NCBI GenBank assembly: GCA_964016885.1
Contig: OZ024743.1
Span: forward strand, 138,694,001-138,758,000
Length of the DNA: 64,000 bases
Source: Eledone cirrhosa
Taxonomy: Eukaryota
Direction: 5' to 3'
Every line of letters begins with the position of its first letter. The first letter of the stretch is position 1. The notes under the pieces were generated by a model that made no database searches, was not told where the DNA came from, and was given only the letters and a program-made list of their open reading frames with translations. Shown piece after piece: positions 12,500 through 24,400 of this stretch. The position numbers and the translations under genes are program-made.

Positions 12500-15400
12500 T
12501 GTTTGGTGTTTGGTGTTTGGTGCTTGGTACTTGGTGCTTGGTGCTTGGTGTTAGGTGTTTGGTGCTTGGTGTTTGGTGCTTGGTGTTTGGTGCTTGGTGC
12601 TTGGTGCTTGGTGCTTGGTGTTTGGTGGTTGGTGTTTGGTGCTTGGTGTTAGGTGTTTGGTGCTTGGTGCTTGGTGTTTGGTGTTTGGTGCTTGGTGTTT
12701 GGTGTTTGGTGCTTGGTGTTTGGTGCTTTTTGCTTGGTGCTTGGTGCTTGGTGTTTGGTGCTTGGTGCTTGGTGTTTGGTGTTGGGTGCTTGGTGCTTGG
12801 TGTTTGGTGTTTGGTGCTTGGTGCTTGGTGTTTGGTGTTTGGTGTTATATGCTTGGTGTTTGATGCTTGGTGCTTGGTGTTTGGTGTTTGGTGTTTGGTG
12901 CTTGGTGTTTGATGCTTGGTGCTTGGTGCTTGGTGTTTGGTGCTTGGTGCTTGGTGTTTGGTGTTTGGTGCTTGGTGTTTGGTGATTGATGCTTGGTGCT
13001 TGGTGCTTGGTGTTTGGTGGTTGGTGCTTGGTGCTTGGTGTTAGGTGTTTGGTGCTTGGTGCTTGGTGTTTGGTGTTTGGTGCTTGGTGTTTGGTGTTTG
13101 GTTGTTGGTGTTTGGTGCTTGGAACTTGGTGCTTGGTGCTTGGTGTTAGGTGTTTGGTGCTTGGTGCTTGGTGTCTGGTTTTTGGTGCTTGGTGCTTGGT
13201 GTTTGGTGTTTGGTGCTTGCTGCTGGTTGCTTGGTGTTTGGTGCTTGATGATTGGTGCTTGGTGTTTGGGGCTTGGTGTTTGGTGTTTGGTGCTAGGTGC
13301 TTGGTGTTTGGTGCTTGGTGCTTGGTGTTTGTACTTGGTGCTTGGTGCTTGGTTCTTTGTGTTTGGTGCTTGGTGCTTGGTGTTTGGTGCTTGGTGCTTG
13401 GTGTTTGGTGCTTGGTGCTTGGTGCTTGGTGTTTGGTGCTTGGTGTTAGGTGTTTGGTGCTTGGTGCTTGGTGTTTGGTGTTTGGTGCTTGGTGCTTGGT
13501 GTTTGGTGTTTGGTGCTTGGTGTTTGGTGTTTGGTGTTATATGCTTGGTGTTTGATGCTTGGTGCTTGGTGCTTGGTGTTTGGTGCTTGGTGTTTGATGC
13601 TTGGTGCTTGGTGCTTGGTGTTTGGTGCTTGGTGCTTGGTGTTTGTACTTGGTGCTTGGTGCTTGGTTCTTGGTGTTTGGTGCTTGGTGCTTGGTGTTTG
13701 GTGCTTGGTGCTTGGTGTTTGGTGCTTGGTGTTTGGTGCTTGGTGTTTGGTGCTTGGTGCTTGGTGCTTGGTGCTTGGTGTTTGGTGCTTGGTGTTTGGT
13801 GCTTGGTGTTAGGTGTTTGGTGCTTGGTGTTTGGTGTTTGGTTTTTGGTGCTTGGTGCTTGGTGTTTGGTGCTTGCTGCTGGCTGCTTGGTGTTTGATGC
13901 TTGGTGATTGGTGCTTGGTGTTTGGTGCTTGGTGTTTGGTGTTTGGTGCTAGGTGCTTGGTGTTTGGTGCTTGGTGCTTGGTGCTTGGTGTTTGGTGCTT
14001 GGTGCTTGGTCTTTGGTGCTTGGTGTTTGGTGTTTGGTGCTTGGTGCTTGGTGCTTGGTGTTTGGTGCTTGGTGCTTGGTGTTTGGTGCTTGGTGCTTAG
14101 TGTTTGGTGCTTGGTGCTTAGTGTTTGGTGCTAGGTGCTTGGTGTTTGGTGCTTGGGGCTTGGTGTTTGGTGCCTGGTGCTTGGTGTTTGGTGCTTGGTG
14201 CTTGGTGTTTGGTGTTTGCTGTTTGCTGTTTGGTGTTTGTTGTTTGGTGTTTGTTGTTTGGTGTTTGCTGTTTGGTGTTTGGTGTTTGCTTTTTGGTGTT
14301 TGGTGTTTGCTGTATGTTGTATGCTGTTTGGTGTTTGGTGTTTGGTCTTTGGTGCTTGGTGCTTGGTGTTTGGTGCTTGGTGCTTGGTGTTTCGTGCCTG
14401 GTGCTTGGTGCTTGGTGCTTGGTGTTTGGTGTTTGGTGCTTGGTGCTTGGTGCTTGGAGTTTGGTGTTTGGTGCTTGGTGCTTGGTGTTTTGTGTTTCGT
14501 GTTTGGTTTTTGGTGCTTGGTGCTTGGTGCTTGGTCCTTGGTGTTTGGTGCTGGGTGCTTTGTGTTTGGTGCTTGGTGCTTGGTGCTTGGTGTTTTGTGT
14601 TTGGTGCTTGGTGCTTGGTGCTTGGTGCTTGGTGCTTGGTGTTTGTACTTGATGCTTGGTGCTTGGTGTTTGGTTCTTGGTTCTTGGTGTTTGGTACTTG
14701 GTGCTTGGTGTTTGGTGTTTGCTGTTTGGTGTTTGGTGTTTGGTGTTTGGTGTTTGCTGTTTGGTGTCTGCTTTTTGGTGTTTAGTGTTTGCTGTATGGT
14801 GTTTGGTGTTTGCTGTTTGGTGTTTGGTCTTTGGTGCTTGGTGTTTGGTGCTCGGTGCTTGGTGTTTGGTATTCTGTGCTTGGTGCTTGGTGTTTGGTGC
14901 TTGGTGTTTGGTGTTTGGTGTTTGGTGCTTGGTGTCTGGTGCTTGGTGTTTGGTGCTTGGTGTTTGGTGTTTGGTGCTTGGTGTTTGGTGTTTGGTGTTT
15001 GGTGCTTGGTGCTTGGTGTTTGGTGTTTGGTGTTTGGTGCTTGGTGTCTGGTGCTTGGTGTTTGGTGTTTGGTGATTGGTGTTTGGTGTTTGGTGTTTGG
15101 TGCTTGGTGCTTGGTGCTTGGTGTTTGGTGTTTGGTGTTTAGTGCTTGGTGCTTGGTGTTTGGTGCTTGGTGCTGAGTGGTTGGTGTTTGGTGCTTGGTG
15201 TTTGGTGCTGGGTGCTTGGTTTTTGGTCCTGGGTGCTTGGTGTTTGGTGCTTGGTGCTTGGTCTTTGGTGCTTGGTCTTTGGTGCTTGGTGCTTGGTGCT
15301 TGGTGTTTGGTGCTTGGTGGTTGGTGTTTGGTGCTTGGTGCTTAGTGTTTGGTGCTAGGTGTTTGGTGTTTGGTGCTTGGTGTTTGGTGCTTGGTGCTTG

Positions 15401-18400
15401 GTGTTTGGTGTTTGGTGTTTGGTGCTTGGTGCTTGGTGTTTGCTGTTTGCTGTTTGGTGTTTGTTGTTTGGTGTTTGTTGTTTGGTGTTTGCTGTTTGGT
15501 GTTTGGTGTCTGCTTTTTGGTGTTTGGTGTTTGCTGTATGTTGTTTGCTGTTTGGTGTTTGGTGTTTGGTGTTTGGTGTTTGGTGTTTGGTGTTTGGTGC
15601 TTGGTGTTTGGTGCTTGGTGCTTGGTGTTTGGTGCCTGGTGCTTGGTGCTTGATGCTTGGTGTTTGGTGTTTGGTGCTTGGTGCTTGGTGTTTCGTGATT
15701 GGTGCTTATTTTTTTGTGTTTCGTGTTTGGTTTTTGGTGCTTGGTGCTTGGTGCTTGGTCCTTGGTGTTTGGTGCTGGGTGCTTTGTGTTTGGTGCTTGG
15801 TGCTTGGTGCTTGGTGTTTGGTGTTTGCTGCTTGGTGTGTGATGCTTGGTGCTTGGTGTTTTGTGTTTGGTGCTTGGTGCTTGGTGTTTGGTGCTTGGTG
15901 CTTGGTGCTTGGTGTTTGTACTTGGTGCTTGGTGCTTGGTGTTTGGTTCTTGGTTCTTGGTGTTTGGTGTTTTGCGTTTGGTTTTTGGTGCTTGGTGCTT
16001 GGTGTTTGGTGCTTGGTGCTTGGTGTTTGGTGCCTGGTGCTTGGTGCTTGGTGCTTGGTGTTTGGTGTTTGGTGCTTGGTGCTTGGAGTTTGGTGTTTGG
16101 TGCTTGGTGCTTGGTGCTTGGTCCTTGGTGTTTGGTGCTGGGTGCTTTGTGTTTGGTGATTGGTGCTTGGTGTTTGGTGTTTGCTGCTTGGTGTTTGATG
16201 CTTGGTGTTTTGTATTTGGTGCTTGGTGCTTGGTGTTTGGTGTTTGCTGCTTGGTGCTTGATGCTTGGTGTTTGGTGCTTGGTGCTTGGTGCTTGGTGTT
16301 TGTACTTGGTGCTTGGTGCTTGGTGTTTGGTTCTTGGTTCTTGGTGTTTGGTACTTGGTGCTTGGTGCTTGGTGCTTGATGTTTGGTGTTTGGTGCTTGG
16401 TGTTTGGTGCTTGGTGCTTGGTGCTTGGTGCTTGGTGTTAGGTATTTGGTGCTTGGTGCTTGGTGTTTGGTGCTTGGTGTTTGGTGTTTGCTGTTTGGTG
16501 TTTGGTGTTTGCTGTTTGGTGTTTGCTGTTTGGTATTTGGTGTTTGCTGTTTGGTGTTTGGTCTTTGGTGCTTGGTGTTTGGTGCTTGGTGTTTGGTGTT
16601 TGGTGCTTGGTGCTTGGTGTTTGGTGTTTGGTGCTTGGTGCCTGGTGTTTGGTGTTTGGTGTTTGGTGCTTGGTGTCTGGTGCTTGGTGTTTGGTTCTTG
16701 GTGTTTGGTGTTTGGTGCTTGGTGCTTGGTGTTTGGTGTTTGGTGCTTGGTGTTTGGTGTTTGGTGCTTGGTGCTTGGTCTTTGGTGCTTGGTGTTTGGT
16801 GTTTGGTGCTTGGTGCTTGGTGCTTGGTGTTTGGTGCTTGGTGCTTGGTGTTTGGTGCTTGGTGCTTAGTGTTTGGTGCTTGGTGCTTAGTGTTTGGTGC
16901 TAGGTGCTTGGTGTTTGGTGCTTGGGGCTTGGTGGTTGGTGCCTGGTGCTTGGTGTTTGGTGCTTGGTGCTTGGTGTTTGGTGTTTGCTGTTTGCTGTTT
17001 GGTGTTTGTTGTTTGGTGTTTGTTGTTTGGTGTTTGGTGTTTGCTTTTTGGTGTTTGGTGTTTGCTGTATGTTGTTTGCTGTTTGGTGTTTGGTGTTTGG
17101 TCTTTGGTGCTTGGTGCTTGGTGTTTGGTGCTTGGTGCTTGGTGTTTCGTGCCTGGTGCTTGGTGCTTGGTGCTTGGTGTTTGGTGTTGGTGCTTGGTGC
17201 TTGGTGCTTGGAGTTTGGTGTTTGGTGCTTGGTGCTTGGTGTTTTGTGTTTCGTGTTTGGTTTTTGGTGCTTGGTGCTTGGTGCTTGGTCCTTGGTGTTT
17301 GGTGCTGGGTGCTTTGTGTTTGGTGCTTGGTGCTTGGTGCTTGGTGTTTTGTGTTTGGTGCTTGGTGCTTGGTGCTTGGTGCTTGGTGCTTGGTGTTTGT
17401 ACTTGATGCTTGATGCTTGGTGTTTGGTTCTTGGTTCTTGGTGTTTGGTACTTGGTGCTTGGTGTTTGGTGTTTGCTGTTTGGTGTTTGGTGTTTGGTGT
17501 TTGGTGTTTGCTGTTTGGTGTCTGCTTTTTGGTGTTTAGTGTTTGCTGTATGGTGTTTGGTGTTTGCTGTTTGGTGTTTGGTCTTTGGTGCTTGGTGTTT
17601 GGTGCTCGGTGCTTGGTGTTTGGTATTCTGTGCTTGGTGTTTGGTGTTTGGTGCTTGGTGTTTGGTGTTTGGTGTTTGGTGCTTGGTGTCTGGTGCTTGG
17701 TGTTTGGTGCTTGGTGTTTGGTGTTTGGTGCTTGGTGTTTGGTGTTTGGTGTTTGGTGCTTGGTGCTTGGTGTTTGGTGTTTGGTGTTTGGTGCTTGGTG
17801 TCTGGTGCTTGGTGTTTGGTGTTTGGTGATTGGTGTTTGGTGTTTGGTGTTTGGTGCTTGGTGCTTGGTGCTTGGTGTTTGGTGTTTGGTGTTTAGTGCT
17901 TGGTGCTTGGTGTTTGGTGCTTGGTGCTGAGTGGTTGGTGTTTGGTGCTTGGTGTTTGGTGCTGGGTGCTTGGTTTTTGGTCCTGGGTGCTTGGTGTTTG
18001 GTGCTTGGTGCTTGGTCTTTGGTGCTTGGTCTTTGGTGCTTGGTGCTTGGTGCTTGGTGTTTGGTGCTTGGTGCTTGGTGTTTGGTGCTTGGTGCTTAGT
18101 GTTTGGTGCTAGGTGCTTGGTGTTTGGTGCTTGGTGTTTGGTGCTTGGTGCTTGGTGTTTGGTGTTTGGTGTTTGGTGCTTGGTGCTTGGTGTTTGCTGT
18201 TTGCTGTTTGGTGTTTGCTGTTTGGTGTTTGGTGTCTGCTTTTTGGTGTTTGGTGTTTGCTGTATGTTGTTTGCTGTTTGGTGTTTGGTGTTTGGTGTTT
18301 GGTGTTTGGTGTTTGGTGTTTGGTGCTTGGTGTTTGGTGCTTGGTGCTTGGTGTTTGGTGCCTGGTGCTTGGTGCTTGATGCTTGGTGTTTGGTGTTTGG

Positions 18401-21400
18401 TGCTTGGTGCTTGGTGTTTCGTGATTGGTGCTTATTTTTTTGTGTTTCGTGTTTGGTTTTTGGTGCTTGGTGCTTGGTGCTTGGTCCTTGGTGTTTGGTG
18501 CTGGGTGCTTTGTGTTTGGTGCTTGGTGCTTGGTGCTTGGTGTTTGGTGTTTGCTGCTTGGTGTGTGATGCTTGGTGCTTGGTGCTTGGTGTTTTGTGTT
18601 TGGTGCTTGGTGCTTGGTGTTTGGTGCTTGGTGCTTGGTGCTTGGTGTTTGTACTTGGTGCTTGGTGCTTGGTGTTTGGTTCTTGGTTCTTGGTGTTTGG
18701 TGTTTTGCGTTTGGTTTTTGGTGCTTGGTGCTTGGTGTTTGGTGCTTGGTGCTTGGTGTTTGGTGCCTGGTGCTTGGTGCTTGGTGCTTGGTGTTTGGTG
18801 TTTGGTGCTTGGTGCTTGGAGTTTGGTGTTTGGTGCTTGGTGCTTGGTGCTTGGTCCTTGGTGTTTGGTGCTGGGTGCTTTGTGTTTGGTGATTGGTGCT
18901 TGGTGTTTGGTGTTTGCTGCTTGGTGTTTGATGCTTGGTGTTTTGTATTTGGTGCTTGGTGCTTGGTGTTTGGTGTTTGCTGCTTGGTGCTTGATGCTTG
19001 GTGTTTGGTGCTTGGTGCTTGGTGCTTGGTGTTTGTACTTGGTGCTTGGTGCTTGGTGTTTGGTTCTTGGTTCTTGGTGTTTGGTACTTGGTGCTTGGTG
19101 CTTGGTGCTTGATGTTTGGTGTTTGGTGCTTGGTGTTTGGTGCTTGGTGCTTGGTGCTTGGTGCTTGGTGTTAGGTATTTGGTGCTTGGTGCTTGGTGTT
19201 TGGTGCTTGGTGTTTGGTGTTTGCTGTTTGGTGTTTGGTGTTTGCTGTTTGGTGTTTGCTGTTTGGTATTTGGTGTTTGCTGTTTGGTGTTTGGTCTTTG
19301 GTGCTTGGTGTTTGGTGCTTGGTGTTTGGTGTTTGGTGCTTGGTGCTTGGTGTTTGGTGTTTGGTGCTTGGTGCCTGGTGTTTGGTGTTTGGTGTTTGGT
19401 GCTTGGTGTCTGGTGCTTGGTGTTTGGTTCTTGGTGTTTGGTGTTTGGTGCTTGGTGCTTGGTGTTTGGTGTTTGGTGCTTGGTGTTTGGTGTTTGGTGC
19501 TTGTTGCTTGGTGCTTGATGTTTGGTGCTTGGTGCTTGGTGTTTGGTGCTGGGTGCTTGGTGCTTGTTATTTGGTTTTTGGTGCTTGGTGCTTGGTGTTT
19601 GGTGTTTGGTGTTATATGCTTGGTGTTTGATGCTTGGTGCTTGGTGCTTGGTGTTTGGTGTTTGGTGTTTGGTGCTTGGTGCTTGGTGTTTGGTGCTTGG
19701 TGCTGAGTGGTTGGTGTTTGGTGCTTGGTGTTTGGTGCTGGGTGCTTGGTGTTTGGTGCTGGGTGCTTGGTGTTTGGTGCTTGGTGCTTGGTCTTTGGTG
19801 CTTGGTGTTTGGTGCTTGGTGCTTGGTGCTTGGTGTTTGGTGCTTGGTGCTTGGTGTTTGGTGCTTGGTGCTTGGTGTTTGCTGTTTGCTGTTTGGTGTT
19901 TGTTGTTTGGTGTTTGTTGTTTGGTGTTTGCTGTTTGGTGTTTGGTGTTTGCTTTTTGGTGTTTGGTGTTTGCTGTATGTTGTTTGCTGTTTGGTGTTTG
20001 GTGTTTGGTGCCTGGTGCTTGGTGCTTGGTGCTTGGTGTTTGGTGTTTGGTGCTTGGTGCTTGGTGCTTGGTGTTTGGTGCTTGGTGCTTGGTGTTTTGT
20101 GTTTCGTGTTTGGTTTTTGGTGCTTGGTGCTTGGTGCTTGGTCCTTGGTGTTAGGTGCTGGGTGCTTTGTGTTTGGTGCTTGGTGCTTGGTGTTTGGTGT
20201 TTGGTGTTTGCTGCTTGGTGCTTGATGCTTGGTGTTTGGTGCTTGGTGCTTGGTGCTTGGTGTTTGTACTTGGTGCTTGGTGCTTGGTGTTTGGTTCTTG
20301 GTTCTTGGTGTTTGGTGTTTGGCATTTGGTGTTTGGTGCTTGGTGCTTGGTGTTTGGTGCTTGGTGCTTGGTGTTTGGTGGCTGGTGCTTGGTGCTTGGT
20401 GCTTGGTGTTTGGAGTTTGGTGTTTGGTGCTTGGTGCTTGGTGCTTGGTCCTTGGTGTTTGGTGCTGGTTGCTTTGTGTTTGGTGATTGGTGCTTGGTGT
20501 TTGGTGTTTGCTGCTTGGTGTTTGATGCTTGGTGCTTGGTGTTTTGTGTTTGGTGCTTGGTGCTTGGTGTTTGGTGCTTGGTGCTTGGTGCTTGGTGTTT
20601 GTACTTGGTGCTTGGTGTTTGGTGTTTGGTTCTTGGTTCTTGGTGTTTGGTACTTGGTGCTTGGTGCTTGGTGCTTGCTGTTAGGTATTTGGTGCTTGGT
20701 GCTTGGTGTTTGGTGCTTGGTGTTTGGTGTTTGCTGTTTGGAGTTTGGTGTTTGGTGTTTGGTTTTGCTGTCTGGTGTCTGCTTTTTGGTGTTTAGTGTT
20801 TGCTGTATGGTGTTTGCTGTTTCGTGTTTGGTGTTTGCTGTTTGGTCTTTGGTCTTTGGTGCTTGGTGTTTGGTGCTTGGTGTTTGGTGTTTGGTGCTTG
20901 CTGCTTGGTGTTTGGTGTTTGGTGCTTGGTGCTTGGTGTTTGGTGTTTAGTGTTTGGTGCTTGGTGTCTGGTGCTTGGTGTTTGGTGTTTGGTGCTTGGT
21001 GTTTGGTGTTTGGTGATTGGTGCTTGGTGTTTGGTGTTTGCTGCTTGGTGTTTGATGCTTGGTGCTTGGTGTTTTGTGTTTGGTGCTTGGTGCTTGGTGT
21101 TTGGTGCTTGGTTCTTGGTGCTTGGTGTTTGTACTTGGTGCTTGGTGCTTGGTGTTTGGTTCTTGGTTCTTGGTGTTTGGTACTTGGTGCTTGGTGTTTG
21201 GTGTTTGCTGTTTGGTGTTTGGTGTTTGGTGTTTGGTGTTTGCTGTTTGGTGTCTGCTTTTTGGTGTTTAGTGTTTGCTGTATGGTGTTTGGTGTTTGCT
21301 GTTTGGTGTTTGGTCTTTGGTGCTTGGTGTTTGGTGCTCGGTGCTTGGTGTTTGGTATTCGGTGCTTGCTGCTTGGTGTTTGGTGCTTGGTGTTTGGTGT

Positions 21401-24400
21401 TTGGTGTTTGGTGCTTGGTGTCTGGTGCTTGGTGTTTGGTGCTTGGTGTTTGGTGTTTGGTGCTTGGTGTTTGGTGTTTGGTGTTTGGTGCTTGGTGCTT
21501 GGTGTTTGCTGTTTGCTGTTTGGTGTTTGTTGTTTGGTGTTTGTTGTTTGGTGTTTGCTGTTTGGTGTTTGGTGTCTGCTTTTTGGTGTTTGGTGTTTGC
21601 TGTATGTTGTTTGCTGTTTGGTGTTTGGTGTTTGGTGTTTGGTGTTTGGTGTTTGGTGTTTGCTGCTTGGTGTTTGGTGCTTGGTGCTTGGTGTTTGGTG
21701 CCTGGTGCTTGGTGCTTGATGCTTGGTGTTTGGTGTTTGGTGCTTGGTGCTTGGTGTTTTGTGTTTGGTGCTTGGTTCTTGGTGTTTGGTGCTTGGTGCT
21801 TGGTGCTTGGTGTTTGTACTTGGTGCTTGGTGCTTGGTGTTTGGTTCTTGGTTCTTGGTCTTTGGCTACTTGTTGCTTGATGCTTGGTGCTTGATGTTTG
21901 GTGTTTGGTGCTTGGTGTTTGGTGCTTGGTGCTTGGTGCTTGGTGTTAGGTGTTTGGTGCTTGGTCCTTGGTGTTTGGTGCTTGGTGTTTGGTGTTTGCT
22001 GTTTGGTGTTTGGTGTTTGGTGTTTGGTGTTTGCTGTTTGGTGTCTGCTTTTTGGTGTTTAGTGTTTGCTGTATGGTGTTTGGTGTTTGCTGTTTGGTGT
22101 TTGGTCTTTGGTGCTTGGTGCTTGGTGCTTGGTGTTATATATGCTTGGTGTTTGATGCTTGGTGCTTGGTGCTTGGTGTTTGGTGTTTGGTGTTTGATGC
22201 TTGGTGCTTGGTGTTTGGTGCTTGGTGCTTGGTGTTTGTACTTGGTGCTTGGTGCTTCGTGCTTGGTGTTTGGTGCTTGGTGTTTGGTGCTTGGTGCTTG
22301 GTGTTTGGTGCTTGGTGCTTGGTGCTTGGTGCTTGGTGTTTGGTGGTTGGTGTTTGGTGCTTGGTGTTAGGTGTTTGGTGCTTGGTGCTTGGTGTTTAGT
22401 GTTTAGTGCTTGGTGTTTGGTGCTTGGTGCTTGGTGTTTGGTGCTTGGTACTTGGTGCTTGGTGCTTGGTGTTAGGTGTTTGGTGCTTGGTGTTTGGTGC
22501 TTGGTGTTTGGTGCTTGGTGCTTGGTGCTTGGTGCTTGGTGTTTGGTGGTTGGTGTTTGGTGCTTGGTGTTAGGTGTTTGGTGCTTGGTGCTTGGTGTTT
22601 GGTGTTTGGTGCTTGGTGTTTGGTGTTTGGTGCTTGGTGTTTGGTGCTTTTTGCTTGGTGCTTGGTGCTTGGTGTTTGGTGCTTGGTGCTTGGTGTTTGG
22701 TGTTGGGTGCTTGGTGCTTGGTGTTTGGTGTTTGGTGCTTGGTGCTTGGTGTTTGGTGTTTGGTGTTATATGCTTGGTGTTTGATGCTTGGTGCTTGGTG
22801 TTTGGTGTTTGGTGTTTGGTGCTTGGTGTTTGATGCTTGGTGCTTGGTGCTTGGTGTTTGGTGCTTGGTGCTTGGTGTTTGGTGTTTGGTGCTTGGTGTT
22901 TGGTGATTGATGCTTGGTGCTTGGTGCTTGGTGTTTGGTGGTTGGTGCTTGGTGCTTGGTGTTAGGTGTTTGGTGCTTGCTGCTTGGTGTTTGGTGTTTC
23001 GTGCTTGGTGTTTGGTGTTTGGTTGTTGGTGTTTGGTGCTTGGAACTTGGTGCTTGGTGCTTGGTGTTAGGTGTTTGGTGCTTGGTGCTTGGTGTCTGGT
23101 TTTTGGTGCTTGGTGCTTGGTGTTTGGTGTTTGGTGCTTGCTGCTGGTTGCTTGGTGTTTGGTGCTTGATGATTGGTGCTTGGTGTTTGGGGCTTGGTGT
23201 TTGGTGTTTGGTGCTAGGTGCTTGGTGTTTGGTGCTTGGTGCTTGGTGTTTGTACTTGGTGCTTGGTGCTTGGTTCTTTGTGTTTGGTGCTTGGTGCTTG
23301 GTGCTTGGTGTTTGGTGCTTGGTGTTAGGTGTTTGGTGCTTGGTGCTTGGTGTTTGGTGTTTGGTGCTTGGTGCTTGGTGTTTGGTGTTTGGTGCTTGGT
23401 GTTTGGTGTTTGGTGTTATATGCTTGGTGTTTGATGCTTGGTGCTTGGTGCTTGGTGTTTGGTGCTTGGTGTTTGATGCTTGGTGCTTGGTGCTTGGTGT
23501 TTGGTGCTTGGTGCTTGGTGTTTGTACTTGGTGCTTGGTGCTTGGTTCTTGGTGTTTGGTGCTTGGTGCTTGGTGTTTGGTGCTTGGTGCTTGGTGTTTG
23601 GTGCTTGGTGTTTGGTGCTTGGTGTTTGGTGCTTGGTGCTTGGTGCTTGGTGCTTGGTGTTTGGTGCTTGGTGTTTGGTGCTTGGTGTTAGGTGTTTGTA
23701 CTTGGTGCTTGGTGCTTGGTTTTTGGTGCTTGGTGCTTGGTGTTTGGTGCTTGCTGCTGGCTGCTTGGTGTTTGATGCTTGGTGATTGGTGCTTGGTGTT
23801 TGGTGCTTGGTGTTTGGTGTTTGGTGCTAGGTGCTTGGTGTTTGGTGCTTGGTGCTTGGTGCTTGGTGCTTGGTCTTTGGTGCTTGGTGTTTGGTGTTTG
23901 GTGCTTGGTGCTTGGTGCTTGGTGTTTGGTGCTTGGTGCTTGGTGTTTGGTGCTTGGTGCTTAGTGTTTGGTGCTTGGTGCTTAGTGTTTGGTGCTAGGT
24001 GCTTGGTGTTTTGTGCTTGGGGATTGGTGTTTGGTGCCTGGTGCTTGGTGTTTGGTGCTTGGTGCTTGGTGTTTGGTGTTTGCTGTTTGCTGTTTGGTGT
24101 TTGTTGTTTGGTGTTTGTTGTTTGGTGTTTGCTGTTTGGTGTTTGGTGTTTGCTTTTTGGTGTTTGGTGTTTGCTGTATGTTGTTTGCTGTTTGGTGTTT
24201 GGTGTTTGGTCTTTGGTGCTTGGTGCTTGGTGTTTGGTGCTTGGTGCTTGGTGTTTCGTGCCTGGTGCTTGGTGCTTGGTGCTTGGTGTTTGGTGTTTGG
24301 TGCTTGGTGCTTGGTGCTTGGAGTTTGGTGTTTGGTGCTTGGTGCTTGGTGTTTTGTGTTTCGTGTTTGGTTTTTGGTGCTTGGTGCTTGGTGCTTGGTC

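Noticed and set aside
15700-15722. T-run cttatttttttgtg (also ~18431, ~25548, ~33753) as terminator or poly(A) remnant
   Set aside because: It stays in the 7-bp register as two mutated units, has no hairpin or target-site duplication, and recurs only through block duplication.
22131-22146. gttatatatgc as a TATA box or TA transposon footprint
   Set aside because: It is most simply a 2-bp TA slippage of the recurrent TATATGC variant unit, with no supporting element.
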